Source: Minisyncoccota bacterium
Lineage (GTDB): Bacteria > Patescibacteriota > Minisyncoccia > SW-4-49-11
DNA: 64,000 nt
Direction: 5' to 3'
Assembly: GCA_023264145.1 (NCBI GenBank)
Contig: JALQTA010000001.1
Coordinates: forward strand, 15,465-79,464
A program made the position numbers and the translations under genes. Shown here piece after piece: positions 1 to 10,472 of this stretch; the stretch's first letter is position 1; each line of letters opens with the position of its first letter. The notes below the pieces were generated by a model that saw only the letters and a list, made by a program, of their open reading frames with translations, had not been told where the DNA came from and searched no databases.

Positions 1-2
1 CC

Positions 3-1079
3 GCAGCCTATCCCATGACACCAGCAACTCCTATTTTTGATCATTTAGCCAAACATGCAGATGATTATGGAATTATTGCAAAGCAAGCAGAAGATGAAAT
101 ATCAGCTATTTGTATGACGGTAGGAGCTTCATATGCTGGTGCAAGAGCATTGACTATGTCATCAGGAGGAGGCTTTTCTTTAATGGTAGAGGCTTTGGGG
201 TTATCCGGGATAACAGAAACTCCTTTGGTAGTCATTAATGCAATGAGAGGAGGTCCTAGTACCGGGCTTCCCACAAAGACAGAACAGTCAGATTTACGAT
301 TTGTTCTCCATGCTTCTCAGGGAGAATTTCCTCGAGTTGTCTTAGCTCCGGGAGATAGTGTTGAATTATATACTATGATTCAACATGCTTTTAATTTAGC
401 AGATCTGTATCAATTACCAGTAATTGTGTTAACTGATAAATATTTAGCTACTTCTCAAATGATGTTCCCACAAGATATAGATATTAATGCAATATCAGTA
501 GATAGGGGAATTGTAATTAAGAAGAAAGCAGATATCGGCTCTGATACATATGCTCGATATCTTTTTACTAAAGATGGAGTTTCTCCTCGGGCCTTTCCTG
601 GTACACGTGGGATTACCTTTCACTCTGGATCAGATGAACATAATGAATATGGTGAAATTAGTGAAGACCATATCAATCGTGTCAAAATGATGGATAAGAG
701 AATGAAAAAAGAACATAGTCTTTTACCTCATATTCCGAAACCAGAAGTATATGGAAACCCTTATGCAGAGCTTACTCTAATTAGTTGGGGTTCTACAAAA
801 TGGGCATGTATTGAAGCGGTAGAATTATTAGCGAAACAAGATATTACTGCTAATGTATTACACTTTTCATATATTTATCCATTTAATATTAAAAAAACGC
901 AACCATTACTTGACCGTATTCAAAAATCAGTAGTGGTAGAGAATAATGCTACGGGACAATTTGCTGGACTTTTGAAGCAATACTTTAATTTTGAGCCACA
1001 ACATGCATTGCTCAAATATGATGGACATCCATTTTATCCTCAAGAAATTAGTAAAATTATTCATAATACAATGTTTTAA
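3..1079 (+). CDS. 2-oxoacid:ferredoxin oxidoreductase alpha subunit (5' truncated by window edge)
   Basis: AAYPMTP, QAEDEISA, SSGGGFSLMVE and RGGPSTGLPT motifs; frame is open to the window start. Confidence 0.95.
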   Translation, partial: AAYPMTPATPIFDHLAKHADDYGIIAKQAEDEISAICMTVGASYAGARALTMSSGGGFSLMVEALGLSGITETPLVVINAMRGGPSTGLPTKTEQSDLRFVLHASQGEFPRVVLAPGDSVELYTMIQHAFNLADLYQLPVIVLTDKYLATSQMMFPQDIDINAISVDRGIVIKKKADIGSDTYARYLFTKDGVSPRAFPGTRGITFHSGSDEHNEYGEISEDHINRVKMMDKRMKKEHSLLPHIPKPEVYGNPYAELTLISWGSTKWACIEAVELLAKQDITANVLHFSYIYPFNIKKTQPLLDRIQKSVVVENNATGQFAGLLKQYFNFEPQHALLKYDGHPFYPQEISKIIHNTMF

Positions 1080-1082
1080 GGT

Positions 1083-1952
1083 ATGAAAACAAAAAAAGAT
1101 TTATCATCTCATTATACACAATCTACTCCTAACTGGTGTCCAGGATGTGGTAATTATGGTATTTGGGTTTCTATTAAAAATGCTTTACAGGAACTAGCTA
1201 TTCCAGAACATAAAGTTGTATTAGTGGGGGATGTGGGATGTTCTGGAAAATTATCTTATTGGACTCACTATAATGGGTTTGCAGGATTACATGGAAGGTC
1301 TATTCCTATTGCCGAGGGGATTAAGATGGCTAATTCAGATTTGACGGTAATTGTAGTAGGAGGAGATGGTGGGCTTCTGGGTGAGGGCTTACAGCATTTT
1401 CTTCATGCATGTCGCCGTAATGTTAATATTGCAGTTATTCTTCATAATAATCAAGTATATGGCCTTACTACTGGGCAGACTTCTCCCACTTCTGATCCAG
1501 GATATATGAGCTCCACCACTCCAGATGGATCATATGAAACTCCCCTTAATCCTTCTTTATTAGCCCTTACCGCTCAAGCTACCTTTGTATCAGCTGGATT
1601 TGCAGGGAATACAACTCATTTAACGGAGATTATGAAAGCTGCTATTTTGCACCCTGGATTTGCCTTGGTAGATGCTTATCAGCCTTGTGTAACGTATAAT
1701 TATATTAATACCTATGAATTTTATTCTAAACGCGTATATGATGTAAGTACTACTCCGTATAAACCTAATAATCGATTACGTGCAATGAAGAAATCAATGG
1801 AAATAGAAGGGGGTAAAAAATTTCCTATTGGTATTTTATTTCAGGATACTGAAAAGCCATCATTACAATCACAAATTCAAAATCGAGTAAAACCTCTTGT
1901 TAAGCAACCAATTACCTCTATATCCGTAACATCCTTATTTGAACAAGATTAG
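1083..1952 (+). CDS. 2-oxoacid:ferredoxin oxidoreductase beta subunit (TPP-binding)
   Basis: WCPGCG, GDVGCS, LHGR, GGDGG, NNQVYGLTTGQTSPT motifs. Confidence 0.95.
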   Translation: MKTKKDLSSHYTQSTPNWCPGCGNYGIWVSIKNALQELAIPEHKVVLVGDVGCSGKLSYWTHYNGFAGLHGRSIPIAEGIKMANSDLTVIVVGGDGGLLGEGLQHFLHACRRNVNIAVILHNNQVYGLTTGQTSPTSDPGYMSSTTPDGSYETPLNPSLLALTAQATFVSAGFAGNTTHLTEIMKAAILHPGFALVDAYQPCVTYNYINTYEFYSKRVYDVSTTPYKPNNRLRAMKKSMEIEGGKKFPIGILFQDTEKPSLQSQIQNRVKPLVKQPITSISVTSLFEQD

Positions 1953-1955
1953 TAT

Positions 1956-2762
1956 ATGGCAATTAAGATAGGAACACTGTATGTTGATAATTTGACAAAA
2001 GAAGCGGTATTGTCTCGAGTAAATAAGGCAATAGATAATCAAAAAGTAGTACAGATAGTAACTCCTTACTCAGAATTTGTGGTAGAAGCAGAAAATAATG
2101 TTCAGTTTAGAGATGCTATTAACTCAAGTGAACTGAGATTACCTGATGGGATGGGAGTTATCTGGGCAGGAGCTTATTTAGCGCATAAGTGGGATAATAT
2201 CATTCAATCTTTTTGGGGAGTATTAAATTTAGATAGTAGGTTATATTCTGTATTTCCAGAAAAAATTAGTGGCTCGGACCTCATTTATGATGTTTTGGAT
2301 CTAGCTCATACAAAGAAGTTAAGAGTATATTTATTAGGTGGTGAAGGGGAAACTCCAGAGAAAGTGCAAGAGTATATCAAATCTCATTATCCTCGTATTC
2401 AGCTAAGTGGGAGTTATGCCGGGAAAGTTCCTGAATATGATGCTGATATATATGCTGAAGTTAAAGATAGTCACTCAGACATAGTATTAGTTGCGCTATC
2501 ATATCCTAAACAAGAAATTACTGCTTCCCATATGAAACAATATTTTAAGAAAAACGACCATAAGGGCGTTATTATGTGTATTGGTGGTACATTAGACTTC
2601 TTAGCGGGAGTGCAAAAACGGGCTCCTAAATGGATGAGAAGAATGGGGTTAGAGTGGTTATTTAGATTGATTCAACAACCCAGTCGTATTCATAGAATAT
2701 ATAAGGCTACCATTTCATTTGTACGGTTAATGTATCGATATCGTCATCATATTGACAAATAG
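1956..2762 (+). CDS. WecB/TagA/CpsF family glycosyltransferase
   Basis: PDGMGV, PKQE, GGTLDFLAG..KRAP.WM...GLEWLFRL. Confidence 0.92.
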   Translation: MAIKIGTLYVDNLTKEAVLSRVNKAIDNQKVVQIVTPYSEFVVEAENNVQFRDAINSSELRLPDGMGVIWAGAYLAHKWDNIIQSFWGVLNLDSRLYSVFPEKISGSDLIYDVLDLAHTKKLRVYLLGGEGETPEKVQEYIKSHYPRIQLSGSYAGKVPEYDADIYAEVKDSHSDIVLVALSYPKQEITASHMKQYFKKNDHKGVIMCIGGTLDFLAGVQKRAPKWMRRMGLEWLFRLIQQPSRIHRIYKATISFVRLMYRYRHHIDK

Positions 2763-2781
2763 AGGGGTAATACGGTATAAT
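2752..2781 (+). promoter_or_regulatory. sigma70 promoter upstream of rpmF-nusB-rnc
   Basis: TTGACA...TATAAT just upstream of the rpmF start. Confidence 0.65.
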
Positions 2782-2811
2782 AATATAAATTAGGCTAATT
2801 ATATTTTTAGT

Positions 2812-2949
2812 ATGGCAGTACCAAAGAAACGACATAATCATAGTAGAACGGGGAAAAATCGTTCTCATCATGCTCTCAAAAATGTTGAGGCAAGAGTTCG
2901 AGGTGTATCTCATCGATTAAAAAAGTTTCTTGCAAAAACGAACGGCTAG
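2812..2949 (+). CDS. rpmF: 50S ribosomal protein L32, short form with no cysteines (45 aa; not in ORF track)
   Basis: Hand translation MAVPKKRHNHSRTGKNRSHHALK..., the canonical L32 N-terminus; followed by nusB and rnc. Confidence 0.9.
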   Translation: MAVPKKRHNHSRTGKNRSHHALKNVEARVRGVSHRLKKFLAKTNG

Positions 2950-2989
2950 ATAGTAGTAAAAATAGAGTCCCTAAATATCAAAAACATAT

Positions 2990-3424
2990 ATGGCAAATCG
3001 GCACTTTATGCGATCAGTAGCGATGCAAACCTTGTATCAAATTGATGTATCCGATCTTTGGGGAAAAGATACTCTCTGGGATATCATACAAGAGTCCATT
3101 GCTCGAATGGCAGAAAATATTGACGATACTTCCTATATTAAAGAAGTGATTAGTGGTATTATTCAACATCGGACTGAGATAGATAATTCTATCACTAAAT
3201 ATGCTACGGGTTGGGTTGTAGAAACTATTGCTCCCGTTGAGAGGAACATATTGCGTTTGGCTATTTATGAAATTGATTATTATGCGGATGAAGATATTCC
3301 TCCTAAAGTAGCTATTAATGAAGCTATTGAGCTTGCGAAAGCTTTTAGTGGGCCTGCTGCAGGGAAATTTGTAAATGGTATATTAGGCGGTTTATATAAG
3401 GATAAAGAGCAATCTAGTGTATGA
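2990..3424 (+). CDS. nusB: transcription antitermination factor NusB
   Basis: [31 protein letters not shown]. Confidence 0.95.
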   Translation: MANRHFMRSVAMQTLYQIDVSDLWGKDTLWDIIQESIARMAENIDDTSYIKEVISGIIQHRTEIDNSITKYATGWVVETIAPVERNILRLAIYEIDYYADEDIPPKVAINEAIELAKAFSGPAAGKFVNGILGGLYKDKEQSSV

Positions 3425-4101
3425 GTAATTTAGCCACATTGGAAGAAGTTTTGGGATATACATTTCAGAACAAAGATTTATTAAAGCAAGCTTTGACACA
3501 TCGTTCTTATCTCAATGAAAATCCAGACTTTACCTTAGGACATAATGAAAGATTGGAGTTTTATGGAGATGCTATTCTTGAGGATATTGTAACGGGACAT
3601 TTATTCCATCATTATCAAGATAAAAATGAAGGTGAATTAACTAATTTAAGAGCGGCTTTGGTGCGAGGTGCTCATCTTGCTCAAGTTGCAGATAAGATTT
3701 CATTAGACCAATACATTAATATATCAAATGGAGAACGTAATGATCCGTCTGCAAAGGCTTATATTACTGCTAATGCTATTGAGGCCCTTATTGCGGCAAT
3801 GAGATTAGATGGGGGATATGAGGCAGCTCAGAGATTCATTGAGACATTTATTATTGTAGATTTGGATACTATTCTTGCTGAAAAATCTTTTATCGATGCA
3901 AAAAGTTTATTACAAGAGAAAGTGCAAGAAAAATATGGAATTACTCCTAAATATGAAGTTATTGCAGAACAGGGGCCTGATCATAATAAAACCTTTGAAG
4001 TTGCCGTATATGTAGGAGATGTAGAGTATGCTCGAGGAATGGGCTCCTCTAAACAAAAAGCTGAGCAAGATGCTGCGAAAAACTCATTACATAATATGTA
4101 A
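3421..4101 (+). CDS. rnc: ribonuclease III
   Basis: [18 protein letters not shown]-terminal dsRBD (GPDHNKTF). Confidence 0.96.
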   Translation: MSNLATLEEVLGYTFQNKDLLKQALTHRSYLNENPDFTLGHNERLEFYGDAILEDIVTGHLFHHYQDKNEGELTNLRAALVRGAHLAQVADKISLDQYINISNGERNDPSAKAYITANAIEALIAAMRLDGGYEAAQRFIETFIIVDLDTILAEKSFIDAKSLLQEKVQEKYGITPKYEVIAEQGPDHNKTFEVAVYVGDVEYARGMGSSKQKAEQDAAKNSLHNM

Positions 4102-4104
4102 TAT

Positions 4105-4563
4105 ATGCATATAGGATATGATATTGATGGTGTTTTGACAAAACGTGATTATACTCACGTATCACGCTTTGGGGTAAGGGGTTTTGTTAAGGTTCTTCAA
4201 GCTTATTTTCCTCAAATAATTCGGAGATGGACATTGAATCAACCTTTGCAAGATGATATTGTTATTGCTCAGAAAATTTCCAAAAAGCACACCATATCTA
4301 TTATTACTGCTCGTCCTGCTTCTTTTCGTCGTTATACTGCTCAGTGGTTACATAATGTAGCACATATAGAATATGATCATTTATATTGTGTGGGATTAAA
4401 AGATGGATTTGCGGAGCGTAAGCTGAAAGTTGCTCAAGATTTAGGAATTGATGTATTATTAGATGATACCTTAGAAACAGTTACCTTGTTTTTGGAGAAT
4501 GGAATGAATGCGCATAAATTTGAAACCTGGAAAGAAGCAAAACACTATATTGAAACATTATGA
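4105..4563 (+). CDS. HAD-superfamily 5'-nucleotidase/deoxyribonucleotidase-like protein
   Basis: DIDGVL motif I, ITAR motif II, LLDD motif IV. Confidence 0.75.
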   Translation: MHIGYDIDGVLTKRDYTHVSRFGVRGFVKVLQAYFPQIIRRWTLNQPLQDDIVIAQKISKKHTISIITARPASFRRYTAQWLHNVAHIEYDHLYCVGLKDGFAERKLKVAQDLGIDVLLDDTLETVTLFLENGMNAHKFETWKEAKHYIETL

Positions 4564-5459
4564 CATTATGGGAAGGATTTTTATTAGGTTTGGTGCAAGG
4601 AGTTACTGAAGTACTTCCCATCTCAAGTACGGCTCATTTAATTTTGGCCCAACGTCTTTTGGGTTTAAATGATATTACGATTTCTTTTGATGTGATGATG
4701 AATTTTGGGAGTTTAATTGCGATTCTGATTTATTTTAGAGATATTTGGCTTGATTTGATTGTAGGGACATTAAATTATATTAAAATTACCATCAATGTAT
4801 GGCTTAAAAAATATCCTCAGCTAAAGAAATATGTTCCACGATTTAGATCTATGGAAACTGAATATTCACGTAATACTTCTTTTTACCAAGCTTCCAAACA
4901 GTCAGCCCAAACATTTCTCTTTTTAGGAATCGCTACCTTACCTGCTCTTATGGCGGGATATCTGTTGAAAGATTGGATTGAAAATAATGCCCGTACTCCT
5001 TTTGTGATTGCGATTGCTTTGATTATAGGGGGAATTCTATTGGGTATAGCAGATAGATGGGGGAAAAAGCATAAATCACTATCAGAACTTAGTCCTATTA
5101 ATGTTATTATTATTGGGTTTTCTCAAGTACTCTCATTAATTCCAGGATTTTCACGAACAGGGTCTACCATGATTGGAGGATTGTCAGTAGGTCTTAATCG
5201 TAAAGACAGTGCAGCATTTGCGTTCTTATTAGGAGCTCCTATTATCACCATTGCCACAATAGCATTATTGCCAGAATTTATTGCGGAATATAGTTATTCT
5301 CATGCAAATGCTCTCGCCTTTATTACCTCAGGAATTGTTACATATATTACCCTTCATATATTATATCGTATGGTACAAAAACAATCCTTTAATGTGTTTG
5401 TTGTATATCGTATCGTATTGGGAATCATATTATTAGCATTATATACATCTATACTATGA
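4560..5459 (+). CDS. uppP: undecaprenyl-diphosphate phosphatase UppP/BacA
   Basis: QGVTEVLPISSTAH and PGFSRTGST motifs; multiple TM segments. Confidence 0.93.
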   Translation: MTLWEGFLLGLVQGVTEVLPISSTAHLILAQRLLGLNDITISFDVMMNFGSLIAILIYFRDIWLDLIVGTLNYIKITINVWLKKYPQLKKYVPRFRSMETEYSRNTSFYQASKQSAQTFLFLGIATLPALMAGYLLKDWIENNARTPFVIAIALIIGGILLGIADRWGKKHKSLSELSPINVIIIGFSQVLSLIPGFSRTGSTMIGGLSVGLNRKDSAAFAFLLGAPIITIATIALLPEFIAEYSYSHANALAFITSGIVTYITLHILYRMVQKQSFNVFVVYRIVLGIILLALYTSIL

Positions 5460-6202
5460 AAAAAATCATCTGTAATTGGAAAATGAATCCAAATTCTCTA
5501 GATAAGGTTAATACTATTATCCAGGCTATTTTGAATTGTGGGATACCAGTAGGAAGATCTGAATTAATTATATTACCACCAACTCTTTATATATCAACAT
5601 TACAACAATATCAAAGTCAATTATTTGCATCTCTAGGGGTTCAAGATATATCTGATGCGTCTGAGGGAGCATATACTTCACAGATTTCAGCTGAAATGGT
5701 ATATAATTTGGGTTTGGAATATGCGCTTATTGGTCATTCCGAAACTCGTATGTATCAGCATTATTCGGCGAATATAATTGCTCAAAAATGTGCTCAAGCT
5801 TTACAGTATAATCTAATACCTATCATTTGTGTTGGGTATGAAGATAATCCTATAAAGGGAGAGGTAAATATTGATTTGATTAAGACAGAATTAACTTCAA
5901 TATTATCTATTGATCATAGCTTACTTCAAGATAAACATATCATTATTGCCTATGAGCCTATCTGGGCAATTGGTACCGGTATAGTTCCTAGTATAGAAAA
6001 TATTGAAACGGTAAGTATTTTAATTAAACGGTTATTCCAAGATACTATTCCCCATGAATATAATACAACGGTATCCGTGGTATATGGAGGAAGTGTGAAT
6101 AAAGATAATATTCAATCTTTGGAGACAATTCCATCTATAGATGGGTTTTTAATTGGAAGTGCATCATTAGATATTGAACAAATTCCTATTATACTAACAT
6201 AA
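5456..6202 (+). CDS. tpiA: triosephosphate isomerase
   Basis: NWKMN, IGHSE, AYEPIWAIGTG, YGGSV. Confidence 0.96.
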   Translation: MKKIICNWKMNPNSLDKVNTIIQAILNCGIPVGRSELIILPPTLYISTLQQYQSQLFASLGVQDISDASEGAYTSQISAEMVYNLGLEYALIGHSETRMYQHYSANIIAQKCAQALQYNLIPIICVGYEDNPIKGEVNIDLIKTELTSILSIDHSLLQDKHIIIAYEPIWAIGTGIVPSIENIETVSILIKRLFQDTIPHEYNTTVSVVYGGSVNKDNIQSLETIPSIDGFLIGSASLDIEQIPIILT

Positions 6203-6260
6203 TATAATTGATACTTAGGTCATACTATGATATGCTACAAATATAGTAAATATATAGCAT

Positions 6261-6650
6261 ATGAAAATAGATATTATTACCCAAACTCAAGAAAATACTG
6301 ATTATCGTAAAGTTGTTGCTACAGGAGCAGATAGTCAATTAGTACTTATGTGTTTAAGCCCTGGTGAAGATATTGGGGAAGAGGTATATGGTGAAGTTGA
6401 TCAAATTACTATCGTAGTAGATGGTACTGGAAGATTAGAAATGCCGGGAGATAATGGACCTATTGAAGTAGGGGATTTAGTTTTTGCTCCAGCTGGGGTA
6501 AAGCATAATATTATTAATGATTCGGAAGGCGATTTAAAACTTTATACTATTTACGCTCCACCTGAACATGATCCAGGAGAAGTTCAAGCAACGCAAGGAG
6601 ATGAGCTTGAAGAAGAGGAAGTAGAGTTAACAGAAGATTTTGATGAATAA
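6261..6650 (+). CDS. cupin domain protein with acidic tail
   Basis: GEDIGEEV...DQ, PAGVKHNIIN, LYTIYAPPEH. Confidence 0.85.
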   Translation: MKIDIITQTQENTDYRKVVATGADSQLVLMCLSPGEDIGEEVYGEVDQITIVVDGTGRLEMPGDNGPIEVGDLVFAPAGVKHNIINDSEGDLKLYTIYAPPEHDPGEVQATQGDELEEEEVELTEDFDE

Positions 6651-6653
6651 GAT

Positions 6654-7322
6654 ATGCGTATACTTATTGTTGAGGATGAGATAGATATCGCTGATACACT
6701 AAAATTATACCTTGAGAAGCAAGGGTATGCCGTTGATGTTAAGTATGATGGGAATACGGGATTCTCAGCATTAAAACTCAATCAATATGATTGTTGTATT
6801 CTGGATTTAAATTTACCCGGTAAAGATGGAATGGAAATTATTCAAGAAATTAGAGAAATGGGGAATACGGTTCCAACCATTATGTTAACCGCAAGATCTC
6901 AAATTTATGACAAATTAGATGGCTTTAAGTATGGAGCCGATGATTATATGACAAAACCTTTTCATTTGGCAGAAGTTGTCGCTCGTATTGAGGCAGTAAT
7001 ACGGAGATTTTCTGAAAATAAAAGTATACATTTACAGGTCGCTCAGTATGAAGTTCTTCCCCACCAAAATCGAGTTATGGAGAATGGAAAGAGTATTGAA
7101 CTATCGACTAAGGAGATGAGATTATTGGAGTATCTTATTCGAAATCAGAATCGTATTATATCAGCAGAAGAATTATTAGAACATGTATGGGATGATTCTG
7201 TTGATATGTTTTCTGATACGGTAAAGACTCATATTAAAACATTAAGAAAGAAAATAGACCCTCAAAAGCAGCTTATTAAAACAGTAAAAGGGAAGGGGTA
7301 TGGTATCTTTAGTGAGACATAA
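6654..7322 (+). CDS. OmpR-family response regulator
   Basis: Receiver domain (ED, ILDLNLP, KPF) plus winged helix (VKTHIKTLRKKI, TVKGKGY). Confidence 0.95.
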   Translation: MRILIVEDEIDIADTLKLYLEKQGYAVDVKYDGNTGFSALKLNQYDCCILDLNLPGKDGMEIIQEIREMGNTVPTIMLTARSQIYDKLDGFKYGADDYMTKPFHLAEVVARIEAVIRRFSENKSIHLQVAQYEVLPHQNRVMENGKSIELSTKEMRLLEYLIRNQNRIISAEELLEHVWDDSVDMFSDTVKTHIKTLRKKIDPQKQLIKTVKGKGYGIFSET

Positions 7323-7337
7323 ATATATGATTTCTCT

Positions 7338-7370
7338 TTCACGTTCACTTCACACATAGGAGAGTATAGT
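7338..7370 (+). promoter_or_regulatory. putative OmpR-type direct-repeat operator over -35, with -10 TATAGT
   Basis: TTCAC at 7338, 7344 and 7349 (11-bp spacing between first and last); TATAGT at 7365-7370. Confidence 0.45.
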
Positions 7371-7412
7371 ATAAATAGAATCAGAGATGATTCAATAATA
7401 CTAACTAAAGAA

Positions 7413-7571
7413 ATGAATATGAGATATCAGAAACAATTTGTTCAATCAAAAGCACGACTTATTGATTCAAAACATCGTTTGAATCTCACCCATCATATCT
7501 CTAGTATTGCTCATCATGATATGATTAAAAAAGATGGTATTGAAAGAGTCTTTAAAGGCAAACGTAGATAA
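7413..7571 (+). CDS. small basic His-rich protein, 52 aa (not in ORF track)
   Basis: Hand translation MNMRYQKQFVQSKARLIDSKHRLNLTHHISSIAHHDMIKKDGIERVFKGKRR; lies between a putative promoter and a hairpin. Confidence 0.45.
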   Translation: MNMRYQKQFVQSKARLIDSKHRLNLTHHISSIAHHDMIKKDGIERVFKGKRR

Positions 7572-7690
7572 GCTGTATATACACTAGACTAATCAATTGC
7601 ACCTTATTTATATGAATTACAATTAAATCTTCATTAATTCTATCTGGGAACAGATATTAGCATTCTATCAATATAGAATCTTAGTCCATG

Positions 7691-7723
7691 AGAAAAAGAG
7701 AAGATCATTACTTCTCTTTTTCT
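7691..7723. terminator. 13-bp inverted repeat, probable intrinsic terminator
   Basis: AGAAAAAGAGAAG-atcatta-CTTCTCTTTTTCT. Confidence 0.7.
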
Positions 7724-7742
7724 ATGTTATAATGCACATTAT

Positions 7743-8888
7743 ATGAGTCAATATTTTCACACATTGCAGTTTCGACTAACCTTGTATTATACAGGGCTAT
7801 TTGTGTTATTAAGTGTTATTTTATTAGTTACGGTGAATGTATTGGCTTTACGATATTATCAACAGACCGAATTAGGTCTTGATAGTCTATCTATATATGA
7901 TCAGCTTCTTTCAGAATCAGAACAAACATCTTTCCCTGCAGAAAAATTTATTTCTCTTATACGAGAGGTAAGAGATCAAGATTTATCAACCATTCGGCGT
8001 AGTTCATTCTTTATTTTTGCTATTTTAGTGGGATTATCTGTTGCAGGAGGAAATGCTATCTCATCTCAAATATTAAGCCCTATTAAAGATATTAATAGGC
8101 AAATAAAAGCTATTCAAGCAGAATCAATAGAAAAAATATCATATCCCCATTTGGATGAGGAGTTACAAGAATTAATTTCTTCTATTAATGAAATGCTATT
8201 GAGACTGGGGAAAAGTTTTCGTTCACAAAAAGAATTTATTGAATATGCTTCTCACGAATTAAAGACACCATTATCTGTGATGATGGCAAAGACAGATTTA
8301 CTTTTGGCTGATTCAGATATATCTTCCCCCCATCAAAAACTTATTTTGGAAGTACAGCATAAAATTGAATATTTAAATGATTTAATTAATGATTTGTCAT
8401 TATTATCTTTATCTAAGGAGCATTTACAATTTGAATCAGTAAGTATACAATCGATTATTCAGACGGTTATGAATAATACTCAAGCCAAAGCGAAAGCAAA
8501 ACATATTACGATTATATCAAAAGGGAAAAAACTTGATAAAATGATTTCATTAGTCCCTATATTGTTAACCCAAGCAGTTGAAAATATTGTTGAAAATGCA
8601 ATTCAATATTCCCCAGAAAAGAGTTCTATTGATATTGAAACCATCTTATACAATAAGTTTTTTACTATGCGAATATCGGACACAGGAGTAGGTATTCCTG
8701 AAAATGTGATTCATCGTATCTTTGATAAATTTTATCGAGTAGATTCATCGCGCTCTCGACATACCGGAGGAAGGGGGCTTGGTTTAGCGTTAACTAAGGC
8801 TATTATTGAACTTCATAACGGTACTATTCAAGTAAAATCTCAAGAGGGAAAGGGAACTCAATTCACTTTACATATTCCTATTGGATAA
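7743..8888 (+). CDS. sensor histidine kinase (2 TM, HAMP, HisKA, HATPase)
   Basis: ASHELKTPL H-box, ENAIQY N-box, DTGVGI, FYRVD, GLGLAL. Confidence 0.95.
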   Translation: MSQYFHTLQFRLTLYYTGLFVLLSVILLVTVNVLALRYYQQTELGLDSLSIYDQLLSESEQTSFPAEKFISLIREVRDQDLSTIRRSSFFIFAILVGLSVAGGNAISSQILSPIKDINRQIKAIQAESIEKISYPHLDEELQELISSINEMLLRLGKSFRSQKEFIEYASHELKTPLSVMMAKTDLLLADSDISSPHQKLILEVQHKIEYLNDLINDLSLLSLSKEHLQFESVSIQSIIQTVMNNTQAKAKAKHITIISKGKKLDKMISLVPILLTQAVENIVENAIQYSPEKSSIDIETILYNKFFTMRISDTGVGIPENVIHRIFDKFYRVDSSRSRHTGGRGLGLALTKAIIELHNGTIQVKSQEGKGTQFTLHIPIG

Positions 8889-8896
8889 CAAAATCG

Positions 8897-9712
8897 TTAT
8901 TTGGAAATTAAAGGTTTGATAATAAGAATACTGAAAAAGAGTATAGCATTGATACTGACAATGGTAGCTCCTGTTGGAATACCTCCTAAAAATGATACTA
9001 TAATGCCAAGAGTAATGCTAAATAGAGCAATAATAATAGCAATAATAAGGGTGCTTTGAAAGCTTTTAGAAATCTGTAAGCTAGAACTTGCTGGTAAAAT
9101 AAGTAAGGCTGATATAAGTAATGCTCCTGCTAATCTTATACTCATAATAACGGTAAGAGCAGTAATGATTGAAAATACAATATCAAGAAAAATCACCGGT
9201 AATCCACTAATTTTAGCTTCTTCTGGGTTAAAAGAAATTGCCATAAATTCTTGATAAAAGAGAATAATAATCGAGATAATACTAACGGAACCAATAATAG
9301 CAAAAATAAGCTCTTGTTGATTAATGGCAAGAATATTTCCAAATAAATAGCTAAAAATATCAATATTAAATCCTGTAGAAATACTCGATAAAATAACTCC
9401 TACAGATAATCCTAAGGCGGCTAGTATTCCAATAATAGCATCTCCCTCAAGAATTTTATTGCGCGTAAGAGAGTAAATAATGAGAGATGCAATAATTACA
9501 AGCGGAATAGCAATAATAAGAGGATATATTCCGAATACAATTCCTAATGCAATAGCTCCAAAACTAATATGAGCGAGCCCATCTCCAATTAAGGACATCT
9601 TTCTTAATACCAAAAAAACTCCTAATACAGCACATAATACGCCTAAAAATAGGCCTGCAATAATAGCGCGTTCTACAAATTGATATTGAAAAATTTCTAA
9701 AATATTATTCAT
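8897..9712 (-). CDS. znuB: Zn/Mn ABC transporter permease (ZnuB-like)
   Basis: LGVFLVLRKMSLIGDGLAH, SYLFGNIL. Confidence 0.88.
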   Translation of the reverse strand: MNNILEIFQYQFVERAIIAGLFLGVLCAVLGVFLVLRKMSLIGDGLAHISFGAIALGIVFGIYPLIIAIPLVIIASLIIYSLTRNKILEGDAIIGILAALGLSVGVILSSISTGFNIDIFSYLFGNILAINQQELIFAIIGSVSIISIIILFYQEFMAISFNPEEAKISGLPVIFLDIVFSIITALTVIMSIRLAGALLISALLILPASSSLQISKSFQSTLIIAIIIALFSITLGIIVSFLGGIPTGATIVSINAILFFSILIIKPLISK

Positions 9713-10472
9713 GTTGATGACAAATCAGATGTTGAGAGTTCTTGCCGAAATAATTACTCATTTGATTAGATTCACAAAAGGTATTAAAGTTTCCCCAAAA
9801 TACTAATTTTTGATCAATAATCATGAGCTTTTCCGCATATGTACCAATATCATTCATATCATGAGTAATAAGAAGAATGGTGAGACCTTTTTGATGTAAG
9901 TCAGTGATAATTCTATAAAAGGTTCCCCGGACATCCAGATCTAATGCATTGGTGGGTTCGTCTAAAATAAGCATTTTAGGCTGTGATACTAAGGCTTTTG
10001 CGAGCCAAACGCGTTGTCTTTGTCCACCGGATAAATCATGGATAGACATTTTAGCTAAATGATCGATTTCTAAAGAAGCAAGAGTTTCTTGTACTTGCTG
10101 TATATGAGTATTGGAAAGTATACGAGGCCAATTGAGAGTTGAGATAAGTCCTAGGGATACAATTTCTTCTACTGTAGCGGGAAATTGAAGTGAATAATGC
10201 GTAGATGATTGAGGTACATATCCGATATAATTCCAATTCTTAAAATGTTGAATAGGTTGATTCCATAAGGTAATGGTTCCCGTATATGGATTTAAATTCA
10301 ATAATGTACGGATTAAGGTAGATTTCCCTGCGCCATTGGGACCTGCTATTCCAATAAATTCTCCTTGATAAATATCAAAGCTGATATCAGATAAAATGAT
10401 ATTATGTCCCAGTTCAACAGATATATTTGTAGCAGTAATAATCGGTATACTCATATCTATTGAGTATATCAT
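9705..10472 (-). CDS. znuC: Zn/Mn ABC transporter ATPase (ZnuC-like; start may be 10454)
   Basis: GPNGAGKST, LSGGQRQR, LDEPT; C-terminal HLICHQH. Confidence 0.88.
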   Translation of the reverse strand: MIYSIDMSIPIITATNISVELGHNIILSDISFDIYQGEFIGIAGPNGAGKSTLIRTLLNLNPYTGTITLWNQPIQHFKNWNYIGYVPQSSTHYSLQFPATVEEIVSLGLISTLNWPRILSNTHIQQVQETLASLEIDHLAKMSIHDLSGGQRQRVWLAKALVSQPKMLILDEPTNALDLDVRGTFYRIITDLHQKGLTILLITHDMNDIGTYAEKLMIIDQKLVFWGNFNTFCESNQMSNYFGKNSQHLICHQHE

